The translations under genes and the position numbers were made by a program. Positions 52,270 through 64,000 of a stretch of 64,000 bases of DNA are shown in pieces; position 1 is the stretch's first letter, and the number at the start of each line of letters is the position of its first letter. The DNA lies in the NCBI GenBank assembly GCA_012026655.1, contig JAAILG010000006.1:62001-126000 (forward strand). Direction: 5' to 3'. The notes under the pieces are model-generated. The model did no database searches. It was not told where the DNA came from and saw nothing but the letters and a program-made list of their open reading frames with translations. This stretch comes from Hydrolagus affinis. Taxonomy: Eukaryota.

Positions 52270-53289
52270 AGGTAAATAGAGGCATTTGGAGTAGGAAAAC
52301 TTGTCTAACATTTTGCCCTGCCAGGAACCAAACCCAGGTTTCTCACTTCTGAGGCGAGTGCTCTAATCACTGAGCTACAGGACTCACGTGCGATGCGTGC
52401 AATAAACAAATGTCTTACACACAAATCCACAAAGCTCTGTTGTTCAATGCTTACAATAAACAAAGAATAATTTGACATTCGTTTGTTTGGGACTGTTGCT
52501 AAATAGCTTTTGGGGGAAGATGGTTAAAAGAAAAATGCTTAAAAACATTACATCAGAAAAGTGAATAGATCTTTAGTGAGTCAGAAAATAACTGATATTT
52601 ACACTGCTCATTTGGGAACAGGGTGTACTGTACATATTTTAATGACTGTCTTAGGTCTAGCATTAGTAATGAATCCCCAAGGATAATTACACATCAACCA
52701 TTACTACTGTAGCTTGGCATTTACAGGTGTCCTGAGTCTTCATTTAAGAGCTGCTGTTCACTAACAACATAGTTTTGACAGCTAGTACAGAGATTTATTG
52801 CTACAACTGTGCTGTTTGGGGTTGCGCAATAGCGTCCTGGTCTCAAAGGACGCATTCTGATAGATGATGTTTCAAGTGAGGACCCTGAGTTTTTGTTATT
52901 CTCAGCAGCTTCTTGCATAGTAATGAAGCTCTTCAAAGTGCGCGTTGTGCAGTTCGGTAAGGTTTGGAAACAGTACATAAGGCACACCTCCATGCTGCTA
53001 TGTCGGATTCATTTCCCTCAGCAATTAAGAGCTTCTGTTTGAGAAACAATAAAACAGTGTAACGTAATTGTAAGTTGAAATTCAAAATTAACCCTGCTCA
53101 CTAACATACACATTCCCCCATTTACCTTGCAGAAAGAAGTGCTGTAATATAAGCCTGTACAGATGTTTAGTGCTCCATAAGTAAGCTCGGAAGATTAAAT
53201 ACAAGAATTTTTGTCAATTTAAAATGCTGTTACAAAAAATCTGTCAAAATCTTACTGCATGAAGTTCACTGTTGAAATGCATATCCAGT

Positions 53290-53575
53290 GAATAATATTA
53301 ATAATTCTTGCATTTCATAAAGCGCCTTCTCACATCATTGAGACATCTAAAAGTGCTTCACAGATATAATTGTAAAGTGGATTGACTATGTATTCATCGG
53401 TGAAACACGGCAGCAAGCAGAAAGCAGTATCCCTCAACAGTCATGCATTGAGTGTACCCCTTTTCTTTTGAGGGATTATTATCCCCAAGAAAGCGATCCG
53501 CCAATTGACTAACAATTGAATAAGGAAGCGTGTGCCTAAAATTTTGCCCCACCCGGCAATCGAACCCGGATTCAC
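53290..53575 (-). mobile_element. SINE, long-subfamily remnant
   Basis: Tail, GCCAATTGACTAACAA block and antisense B-box GCAATCGAACCCGG. Confidence 0.75.
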
Positions 53576-56500
53576 CCACCACCCAACCCACCACCCATCT
53601 CATGGTTTCAATACGAGATCAACCATAACAGGTCTTAGGCATACAGCTATTGGATTCGCCTATTAGACTGCAAGTTAACGGGATGTCAAACTAATTCTGA
53701 TTTTGTTTGTTTCGTTAAGCTAAATGCCACAATGCATGTACTGGAAGTCAGAAGGAAGTGTTAAGTCTTCTGCATATCCTGCACACCTAGTCAGTGTATT
53801 AATTATCATAGGACTACCTTACTTCACTGCAAGTAGCATCATTAGCATTATAGGTGTTGACAACAACTTTTGCTCAAAATTTTGCTCTGCACAGCTGGAT
53901 TAAACAGACTTGCTGTATTTATGAGCCTCCATTGGTCCATGAAGACACTGTAAACACTCATCGTTTCACATGCTGTTGTTGTGACTGCTGCTCTTTCTTT
54001 AGTGGTTACAACATCTTCAACAGTGCACTGGGGACTGAGGAATTTTGACTGCAATTTTGTTACCGTACATTCAGTGAGTTTGTCAAAATGCCCACTGTTT
54101 ACTCACAGAGATAACTTTGCCAAGCGGCGTTAGCAATCTGTAACAGCATTGGTGTACATTTAGAATGAAAATGAATGAATGAAAAGTACAGCACGATAAG
54201 TTTACTGACAACAACACATGATAATGTCAGGAATTTGGAGCTCCATCTCAACATGCTAGCTAAACATTTCTCAATAAAACATATTTTACCATGTTCTCCT
54301 GAAAAAAATATGGATTTCAACTTATCAGAGGGTGCTTACAGAAAGTGACATTTTGGCCAGAACTATATTTAAACTCCTCGCTCCCCTTTCTTACACTGTG
54401 CAGTTGCACAGCCAAAATTCAAGGGCATTCTGCCTTCAGTTAACACGATGCAGTTGGCACTGAAGATCTTGTTAAGAGAGGTCAGCAATTTGTTACACTG
54501 TCATTGCACTGAAGAGGTGCGAGTGTTATTCAAGCCAGTTTGTGGTTCCCGAGAGGATAGATTCAGCCTCAGAAGTTGAACAAATTATTCTGCGGGGAAG
54601 CATTTAAGATGGTTGTCCTGACTATTACCATTCGGATAGAACTTCCAGGCAGTTGTTTGAAGTGACTTATAGTGTAAGAAGGCACAAGATCATGAGGTCC
54701 CTCCATTTGAGGATTTATTATTCCCATTGGGTTATCACATGGGCTGCAGGCGTATTCTGAGACCTGAGGCAACTAAAAAGATATGCTGAATTTTGAGCGA
54801 GTAACAATAATACTTGATCAATAATAACTAATTCCTGTTCCATGAGGTTCTGACTCAGAATAATAAATGATAATAAGATTGCCAGTGTGAATGAATGGGC
54901 CATTGGAGAAGGCCAACCTGAGGTTTTCTCCCCTTTTGCTCGTTCCTGAAACTTTGTAGGATAATTCACAAGGGTCACTATGTTTCTCAGCACTTCTGCT
55001 TCTTTGTTAAATCTTCTTGCCTATGTTATGCATCATCAGAGTGGTACACTTGAACATTTTACTAAATCCTGAATCAATTGCCATTGTCTTGGACATCGCC
55101 ACCAATTTTTACAAAGTGCAGTACTCTGCACGTCTAGAAAAAAACGTCCTACCTTATGATCTTTCACCAAAATTATTTTCAGGGCTATCAGAGTATCTCC
55201 CAAATACCTCCATCTGTGCTGTGCTTTACCTGCCTCTTTTGGTGACAACTCGGAGATTCCTCAGTGTTCTTCTCTCCCTCCCACGTTGTTCATTTTCAAT
55301 GTAAACAATTTATTTCATCATTATACAAATCTACTCTGTTCTGCACTGCCGCCCTTCCACCTTGCAACGTAACAGCTTGCGTGAAGTGTTTGAGGTGTCT
55401 CAATAACGTGATCAGGCGCTTTATCGAATGCAAGAATTATTTTTATTATAATTCATTCTCTATCTCTCACTGTGCTGAAATCAAAATGGATCGTTCAAAT
55501 TCATTCTTTTTCAGGACCTCAAGATTGTGACTCTCCTCACCTTTCTTCAGTTCTCCATTTCTCAGACAGGCCTTTAACCCCAAATTTAATGCCACCTAAA
55601 TACTTTGCTACCACCCCTAAAGGTGTTTTTGAATTACTGTATACTAAAGATATTGACTGTTTGACTCAGATTCTCACTGCTCAGAAAAGCTATATTTAAT
55701 ATTGTTTTCTTTTTTTTATCAAACCCCAAATCTTGGCTGCAGCCTTGCAAGCGTGTGAAATGTGACGTGAATTTGTACTTGGGAACATTCAGAACGAATA
55801 TATAATTTTGGCCTTGATGTGTCATCTATAAATGAATAGACTTTCTGTACTTTGCATTAAAACAAGCACCGAAGCCTTAATTTCTACAGTTCAGGCTACG
55901 CCATGCCTCGCCATGCCCTTGGAAATCAACCTGATGTTCATTTGGAATGCATTGTCATGCACCTGCAATAACTCAGAAGCAAAAATAAATCCCACATGTT
56001 GCCTTGCAAATTTCCAAATGCTTCGATTTCTTAATTCAGACAAAAGGCAGTGTTTTTATTAATGCTATATGTTTATTTGTGTGGTGGTTGGGGGTGGGGG
56101 GTCGGGGTGCGTGGAATGTGGCTAGCATGCATTCTGAAATGTGGAATAGCACTTCAGCTCAGCAAATAAAAATATAAAAACACACTATTATTATTTTCTT
56201 TATTTCCAGAAACCAAACCGATAACTAGAGAAATGTAGAAATGAATTCCCAAATATTGCTTTCTAACAGCCATAAAAGAGATCTAGTAGTAATAGAGATT
56301 TGATTTCAGATCCAATATGAAAGAGAAACAATTTTTTGTAAAAAAAATGCTTTTGAAAGATAATAATCAGCATTTCTGAAAGTAGATCGTTTCCACCCCC
56401 TCCCCCTCCCCCACCCCCAGCCCCTGCAAAAAAAAGTAACCCGACATTCATTGGAAAAGACTATTTCATTATGAACATTGCAATCTGTAGTGAGTCTATT

Positions 56501-57679
56501 CCAGATCACATCAAATATAGGTTGGTCAAATCACAGTGTCGAATTACTAAATGCTTCAGCCAGGTGAATGGATTGTAAGTAGCAGTCTGGCTCGATTGCT
56601 AGTAGTCTGAGTCAAAAGGTTGTAGGTTCAAACCCTACATCAATACTCTGAGCTGACATTTTTGATCAACACTCCACTGCAGTGCTGGGGATGAACACCC
56701 TGCTGACATACGACACCAAATGCAAGAATTATTTTTATTATTTACGCAAAAATTTCTCATTAGGATCTCAAAGCACCTTTCACTTCACTTTGTCTTGTCT
56801 GATTGATAAATGAAACTACGTGTCACCCAATAGGCATTTCATTAGCATTGTTTGACACATTCTATTCTACCCATGTGCAATGTAGGCTTGTGCCCCTTTA
56901 ACAGGGGGGAAAATACTGTATATAAATTCATTGCACAAATTCAATCAGCTTCTCCTTTAAGCAACAACAACAACAACAAAATTACACTTATATAAGCAGA
57001 TTCCTCTACACATGGTGGTGTGAAGAGGTAGAGATTTCCAATATGTATCAACTGCAGTATTGCCCACTTACCAACATCCAGCATACTTCCAGTTTGATCC
57101 ATCTTTACTTAAAATAAAAAACTCAACCTCCCTAAAAATGTTTTTGTTTTAATGCCAGTTTATGTAATAATGGAAAGGTAAAATAGAAATACTCTATGAG
57201 AGCTTCGTGCACTACTTCGTCCTCTGAAGTCTTGTAATGGAACAATGTGCAAGCAGGTTGCATGAATCATCTTGAACCAATTTTATTATTGCTGCCGCTT
57301 CACAGCCTAGTGTTTAACCAGCTGGTATCTTGCATGAAAAATCAGGTTGTCTTTCTGTCACAATGGTTCTGTGTTGCCAAAGCTGCACAATTCAATACAG
57401 TGATCCCTGATGCATTGACGGCAATGACTCATGTGACATTATGCTCATCCTTTTCAGATGAGGTCACTGGTATCACAGAATTCACTTGCTCCATGCACCC
57501 TCCCTGCCTGCTCCACTATTAAGCATTTCTGCTCCCACCCCATTCAATCCTGGAGCCCCTACACCTTGCTACCTCCCATGCCTTCTTCAAGGCCCATCTC
57601 CAAACCTTCCTTTTTGACCATGCCTCATAGTTTTTTTGTCAATTTGGTGCAGAGCTCCCCCATATCCATGCCATGATCC

Positions 57680-58355
57680 ACTTCGTCTTCCCTCACCTCC
57701 ACAACGTTGCCCGAGTCCGCCACTACCTCACAGCTCAGGCCACTGAAACTCTCATTCATACCTTCGTCATGCCCAGGTTCGACTATGCGAACATCCTGTT
57801 TGTCAGCCCTCCCAATTCCTCACTCCATAGGATGCAGAACATCCAGATATCTGCAGCCTGTGTCCTCCCGCAGCAAGCTCTGAGAACGTATTCACCCCTA
57901 TTCTCGCCCGACACCACTGGCTTTCATCACTCAAAGGATTCAATTCAAGATCCTGATCCTCACCTTCAAAGGCCTCCATGGCCTTGCCCCACCCTACCTC
58001 TGTGACCTCCTAACTGCCTACAAACCTATCCGCGCTCTCTGGCCTGCTGCAAGTCCCCCGACCAATCCACCCGATCATCGGTTGGCTAGCCTTCAGCCAT
58101 TCTGCCCCCCCCACTCCCAACCTCTGGAATTCCATTCCGCTATCCCTCCACCTAAACCCCTACCTAGCCTCCTTCAAGTCCCCAAGACCTTCCTCCTCCT
58201 CTTCCATGCCATTTATCAATCCCCTTCTCCTCCCTTCCATCCACCCTGCCCAATCCCGACCCCAGCTCGGGTCTGAAACTCTGACTGTTCAGGGCCTTGG
58301 GATGTCCTCCGCGCGTGAAACATGCTATACAAATATAATTTTGTTGTTGTTTTTG
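57680..58355 (+). mobile_element. L2 LINE 3' portion (ORF2 C-terminus, 3'UTR, tail)
   Basis: HLHNVARVRHYLTAQATETLIHTFVMPRFDYANILF...LHRMQNIQISAACVL matches L2 HLRNIARLR..L....AETLIHAFVTSRLDYCN...LQ.IQN.AAR.L. It ends GTGAAACATGCTATACAAAT(GTT)n. Confidence 0.92.
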
Positions 58356-59034
58356 TTCATTATATGAGAGTTCACAGAGAGAGCTTTGTACTTCTTTCCA
58401 TTTTATACTAAATGAGAGGAATTCAAACTCCTGAGGTTTAATTGGTTGCTGCATTACAATGACAATGTAGTAAACGATACAATGATTAGGAAATGCTCTG
58501 ATGTTTTGAAATTTGATGATAAGAATTTTAAGATGGAACATGAGTACATTAAGATGAGAAAGTGTTCTAACAAGCTGGATAACAACAGCATAATTGTATA
58601 AAAACCTGGCTTGGAAGAAAAAGCATTTAAAGGTAGTTTGGCAATTTTCCAGCTGGACCATTTCACCAGCATCCAGCTGAATAAAATGAAATTGCTATTG
58701 GTATCATTAAGTTCTACCCAGATCGTATTTGATTTCCAGCATGTCTTCATTGTGGTATTATTGCAGAATTCAAGGGCATTGCTCCACTTTCCCACAATAT
58801 AAAATTCAGCAGTTGCGGTTCGCAACATAAGGCGCCTGGAGACAAGTCACCCAAACTATGGTTTCCCAGATCAATCTGTTTCCAACACATAGATAGCTAC
58901 TCAACCACCATCAAAACCCCAGATCCCTGCTTGGGCTTGGCTTTGCTGGGTCTGCAGAAACAGTTAAACCCAAGGTTTGGTCATTATAAAAATAAGTGAT
59001 AAGAATAATTTGGTCTCTCAATCCATGATTGATT

Positions 59035-59350
59035 ATAATAATTAATAATAATAATCCTTGCATTTGATATAGCACTTTTCACATCTTCTCAAAGCGCTTC
59101 ACAGGATACACTGTAAAGTGAATTGACTATATTTGTGGGCAAAACGCGGCAGCCAATTTTACATAGCAGTGTCCCACAAACAGCTGTGGATTGAAATGAC
59201 CGATTTTAGTATTTTTTGGGGTTTTGCACGTTGGCTGAGACATTTTGCCCACAAAATATAATCAATTAACTTTACAGCGCATGCTGCAATGCACTTTGAG
59301 ACGTCTTGAAGACGTGCTAAGGCTCTAGGTCAGATGCAAAGATTATTATC
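59035..59350. mobile_element. Two SINE 3' halves in opposite orientation (59035-59225 minus; 59243-59350 plus)
   Basis: An antisense tail and centre, then sense GCCCACAAAATATAATCAATT...AGATGCAAAGATTATT. Confidence 0.85.
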
Positions 59351-59362
59351 ATTGTATCTCCT

Positions 59363-59710
59363 ATAATAATACTAATAATCCTTGCATTTGACATAGCCCT
59401 TTTCACATCTTATCGATGTCCCAAAGCGCTTCACAGAATATACTGTAAAGTGAATTGACTGTATATATTTGTGGGCGAATCGCAGCAGCCAATTGCGCAC
59501 AGTCGTAGCAACCCACAAACAGTCGTGGATTGAAATGACCAACTTTATTATTGTGTTTTTTTTTTGGAGGGATTATTATGAGGCATGTGGAGTAAGGAAA
59601 CTTGCCCAAGGTTTCGCCCTGACCTGCCTGGATTCGAACACAGGTCTCTCCAGCTTGGTCTCCCCAGCTTGCAAGACAAGTGCTCTAACACTGAGCCACA
59701 GGAGCTCCAC
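59363..59710 (-). mobile_element. Full-length tRNA-derived SINE (young subfamily)
   Basis: Reverse complement of 59-399, including the 14-bp head duplication. The ORF track gives near-identical pseudo-ORFs (161..361 and 59403..59609). Confidence 0.92.
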
Positions 59711-61809
59711 ATACTATGGTTCCTTCAACTATACCCCCTTCACCAATAGCAGGCGCATGGGCTACTCGCAGATTCTCCAAGAGTATAGATCTTTGCCAAC
59801 AATAATATCCAATTATGGTTATTTCAATAAATTTTTCACTTTCAGAAAAATCTATTACAAGTCTTTAGAGTCAACTTACTGTGGTTGGTTTCGGCTCTAT
59901 CCAATCAATCCTTGTTCAGACTAGGCTGCATCTTTGCTATGATCTGAAGCTGCTATTGTCTGCAAAACAGTTGCAATGGGAAATCATTCAAATATCATCA
60001 ATGTTGGATGCATGGAACACTCTAAAACATTCCAAGTTATGAAAGGTTTATGAAAAATAACCAATTTATTGTTATTTTTTATCTGGCTTTCATAGAGAGT
60101 CGCATTGTTTTCTGGATTCATTATCTCATTTAATCCAATTCTAAAAAGAAAGAAAACTACCTTTTAGGAAGTACAGCAACAATAACAACTTGCATTTATA
60201 TAGCTCCCTTTAGACGGATATAAATATTGTCCATTCACTTCATGGCTATTTGCGGGAAATTGCTGTGCAAATATTGGTTGCTGAGATCACCTACATAATA
60301 TATAGTCACACAGTAAATCCCACGAAGCACACTCCTGACATGAAAGGTGCTGTATCAAATGCAAGGAATATCTTTAATATTAATTATATAATACCCTTAG
60401 ATGGATTACATTTCAATTCTTTCTAGTAATATTGGAGCATTGAAGGTTACTTGTGTTAGAAAAGCAATGGATGCAATTATGCATGACTAATATGATTTCT
60501 CTATCAGGTGCTAATGCTTTCTTTAACCTCCATAAATATAAGACTTCAACTGCAGGATTTCACCCTCCCCCTTGCATTAAATAGACATTTTTAAAATGTT
60601 ATTGAAGTGAAGCTTTATTCCTTTAATTGTCTTGTAGTCATTCAGTCCAGGATTTGAATTCAGCATGCACTGTGGGGTGACTTACATTTAATTTTTCGAT
60701 ACGCTTCCTTATTCATCTCTTAATTTCCAGCTTTCTGTGAATTCTCGTTGGATTGTTATAAGATGCGAAAATTAGCACTGCCAATAGACCCATGAATTTT
60801 TCATTGTGACTCGACTAAGGAAATTAGAATGAAATTAATACAGTGAGAAAGACAGACTCCACCATCCATGGAAAACAAGATGTAATTTTAGCAGCATTGA
60901 CATGGCACACCATTTTTCATCCAGCTCAATTTTGGAATAAAAATTCAAAACTCATCACTTCAGACACAGACAGCACAGGAGACACATTTCAAAATAAGAC
61001 ATCACCTTTCACGTTGAATTTATATTGAATTCCTTTGGCTTGAATTAATTTCTATATTTCTGGTGAAATTATTTCTAGTTCCCCTGTGTTAATTATGCCA
61101 ATGAATAGCTGTATTGGAGCAATGATCACTTCATTCTGATACATAGAATTTGACAGGTATGGCTTTCAGCTGTTTCTTCATTCAGTTCTGCTGGAAGCTG
61201 AGGCAAACAGAGTTATAACTAAACTGATTATATCTTTTAGCTGTGTTGACACACGTTTCTTCAAGCTATGGGGGAAAGTGTACATCCACTTGAAAGAATA
61301 TATATGACAGATTTCCACTCACATGGGAAAGAAGCACTGGAGATTTGTGAGGGTATACTTCACTAAGTGCCTTTTCTTACTAAGATAGTGTTCCAAGTTT
61401 TAGTTGTCTGTGCTGGATTAACAGAGAGAAGGAGGAACGGTGAAATTAATTTATTTCTTGAGGGTCAAACAGTATTTGATTTCAAAACATTCTTTAACAT
61501 GGCTTTCATAGCTATTGCTGAGTTTGAAAGAATGAGTTGGAGTAAGGTACAGGGAGATGCATTTTCATTTCAACCCAGCATAGATTTAGTTTAGAGGAAG
61601 AGCATTTTAGGAAGACATATTAGGAGTTCAGGAAAAGAGAAAGAATGATGAGATTGTTCTTTTTTTTGTCCTTGAGTGAAGGGGGCATGATATATGTTTT
61701 GGATGAACTTTAACTCAATACGTGTCAACCTTCCTTAGTTGATACCATTCTGAATCCACTGTTGTTGTGGATTCAACAATAATGTCAGAACTCTGAATTC
61801 ACTCTCTAG

Positions 61810-62118
61810 GTTGACAGAATACTGGGAGAGTGCTACATTGTTGGGGATGTTATTGTTCAGATGAGACATTGAAGCAAGGTCCTATTTGCCTGTTCAGGTG
61901 GAGTTTAAAGATCCCATAGAACTATTCAAAAAGAGAAGGGAGTTTCCCCAGAGATCTTTGCCAACAATCCCCCAGAAAAAACTGCCATTCACTTCATGAC
62001 TGTTTCTGTAATAGTGAACAAATTGGTTGCTGTGTTCACCTGTGAAAGACACAGTCACTACATTGCACATTAAATCCCGTGAAGTACTTTGAGCCAACCT
62101 CCTGAAAGGTGCTATATC
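61810..62118 (+). mobile_element. Older Deu-domain SINE
   Basis: TACTGGGAGAGTGCTACATTGTTGG...TGCCTGTTCAGGTGGAGTTTAAAGATCCCATAGAACTATTCAAAAAGAG...CAAATTGGTTGCTGTGTT...TGAAAGGTGCTATATC. Confidence 0.8.
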
Positions 62119-62149
62119 ATACTACTTTTGTTGTTGTTGTTGTTACACA

Positions 62150-62800
62150 GGGAGAAGAATACTTTGAGGAGAAGTGATCTTGAACTATCTTGTAGGTTGC
62201 CTTAGCAATGGAAGGGACGTGAACATTTAATTTAAGATCAGAGAAAGAAGTGAAGCCAAGAAAGTCGATAGGTGATGAGTCAGGTTTAGAGCCATCATAG
62301 GTAATAGGTGGTAGCTGTTGACAAGCCATAAAGGAACCGTGTTTGGGGGCAATTGAACGGTAGATTATGATTCCGCTATCAAAAGGTGAGTAATAGATCA
62401 ATGTATAGTGATTCAACCATTTCAATTGTGAGAGGAGTGAACATTCCGTACATTAATGTTATACCACCTGATGACTACTGATGAACGTAGAATGTAATCT
62501 TCAGAAAAAAGGGTGGCTAAGGTTGGATGATGAGTCGAGAAGGTTATTGGAATGGAGAAGGAACAAAGTGGGGGAATGGACAGTGCCCGTGAGAATCCAT
62601 AAGTTGATGGGAAAAGTGCCAGCAGATGAACTAACACAGATTTCAGATGAAACCAAACAGCCAAGAACATAACAATAGAGAATTAAAGAAAACGCTGTAG
62701 CCACTGGAAATTCTATAAGGATATAAATTACTGCAGAATCACATTCAGTCGACCTCTCTAGGAGAGTGTTCGATAGATCTTTGGCTGTGAGACTTTCTTG
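62150..62800 (-). mobile_element. Decayed LINE reverse-transcriptase fragment (CR1/L2 group, distinct from the dominant families here)
   Basis: Read across frameshifts it gives FPIN.G...GTVHSPTLFLLHSNNLLDSSSNLSHPF/SEDYILRSS (RT motifs GVPQGSVLSPTLFL..INDL...FADD) and FLGFTSFSDLKLNVHVPSIAKAT (LG...SDL.W..H...IAK.A). Confidence 0.75.
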
Positions 62801-63434
62801 GCATGTGTGGAATAATCTAATTGTACTCCTTGGTAGATTCAGTGCCATATGTACACATTTTCATGTGAAAGTAATGTTATGATGATACCCCTCATCTCTC
62901 TTATCTCTCACCATGAAAAATGCGGTATGACCACATGCCCTTGTTTGCATTAAGAAGCATGCAGCATTCTAAAAGTATAACAAATCACGTTTCTTTTCCC
63001 ATGTAGTTTGAAACTTAATTTTGTCATATACTGCTGTTAAATATTCAGAATACCTTCTGATACTTCTGTTAACTCCAAGTCTTTCTACTTCTATTTTACT
63101 TTTACACAATTCTGAAGGGGTCTCTTTTTGTTCATTATGAATTCAGGGAGAAAGGTTGGTATTGGAATATTGCACATTGATTGCCGACTGTTCAGTACCC
63201 TGGGACATCCTCCCGACCATGAAAGGTGCTTTACAAATGTAATTTTGTTGTTGTTGATACATGTCAGAAGACTTCAGGTGGAAGGCATCAGACAAACTGC
63301 CTAACAAGTGCAAAGACTCCATCTTCCAACTGAAGGGGTCTATACAAGCGTAATTTGTTGTTGTTGTTGCTTTGACTCCGTGCTCTTGTCTAACAGTAGC
63401 ATTGCTCCAGTAAATTTGAGATAGCGCACATGAA

Positions 63435-63700
63435 AATCTCCAACTTGTATTTATATAGGAGTCTTCATGTGGGGAAGTGCCTTGGAGTGCTTAAAGGTGG
63501 CGAAGCTTTACACCAAGCCAGGGAGAGAGGGAAGGTAACAGTAGCCACTGTCTGAGAGGAAGGTATCATCAGAAGACAGACAGGGAAGAGGCAAGGGGGA
63601 GTGATTTGGCAGAGTTTCGGGTGTAGTGACTGAAAGTTGACAGTGGAGCAGAGGGGACAAGGATTGAGAGGTATGGAACCATTTCCATGATAAGAGGCTA
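63435..63700 (-). mobile_element. Degraded L2 3' fragment
   Basis: Similar to 1225-1400 (shared GGAGCAGAGGGGACAAGGA), with antisense tail CAACTTGTATTTATATAG. Confidence 0.65.
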
Positions 63701-64000
63701 AAGGATTGTTGACACAATCCATTTAAAGCTTATTAGCGGACGAGAACAAACCAAATCAACTTCTTTGAAATGCTTGTGAGCAAACAAATTACAGAGAAGC
63801 CCTTTAAAAACCCTTCTAATCGTACACTATGCTTCAAACCAATTTTGTGAGACATATAAGGAGAGCAAGCACTTACAAAAACAACAACAATTACATTTAT
63901 AGAGTGCCATTCACGTTGGGAGAACGTCCTAAGGCACTTACCCCAACACCTACCTTCCCCTTGAAGACAGGACAAAATGAAGAGTCAATCCGACCTGCTG

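Larger units (their letters stand above)
51693..52386 (-). mobile_element. SINE, long subfamily, host of nested insertions
   Basis: Tail at about 51693, long central block at 51900-51977 resuming at 52285, and tRNA head ending CACTGAGCTACAGGACTC at 52385. Confidence 0.9.

Noticed and set aside
57673-58005. 110-aa ORF as a host gene
   Set aside because: It is the L2 ORF2 C-terminus with frameshifts.
1-64000. CRISPR array, prokaryotic operon or V(D)J recombination signal sequences
   Set aside because: There are no regularly spaced repeats and no gene-dense structure. I spotted no CACAGTG with a properly spaced nonamer and no V/J segments, although the scan was by eye and not exhaustive.

Overview
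This is AT-rich, repeat-rich vertebrate non-coding DNA (a large intron or intergenic region). The repeat families point to a cartilaginous fish, most likely a chimaera such as Callorhinchus; that is an inference from the repeats alone. I could not recognise any intact protein-coding gene, rRNA, true tRNA or CRISPR array. The short ORFs in the track are chance ORFs or translated repeats. The window holds about 18 copies of a tRNA-headed SINE with a Deu-like centre and an L2-type (ATT)n tail, older Deu-domain SINEs, and decayed CR1 and L2 LINE pieces. It also holds a divergent LINE reverse-transcriptase relic near 62.2-62.8 kb and several Penelope-like fold-back elements. The most notable locus is 51.7-52.95 kb. 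There a SINE is interrupted by a TSD-flanked fold-back element that carries a minimal type-I hammerhead ribozyme and is itself interrupted by a LINE-tail fragment. The same SINE contains a 27-bp inverted copy of sequence lying about 1 kb downstream. A few splice-site-bounded candidate exons and enhancer-like unique blocks are listed at low confidence. I cannot claim a previously undescribed system from the sequence alone. Repeat boundaries were estimated by eye.
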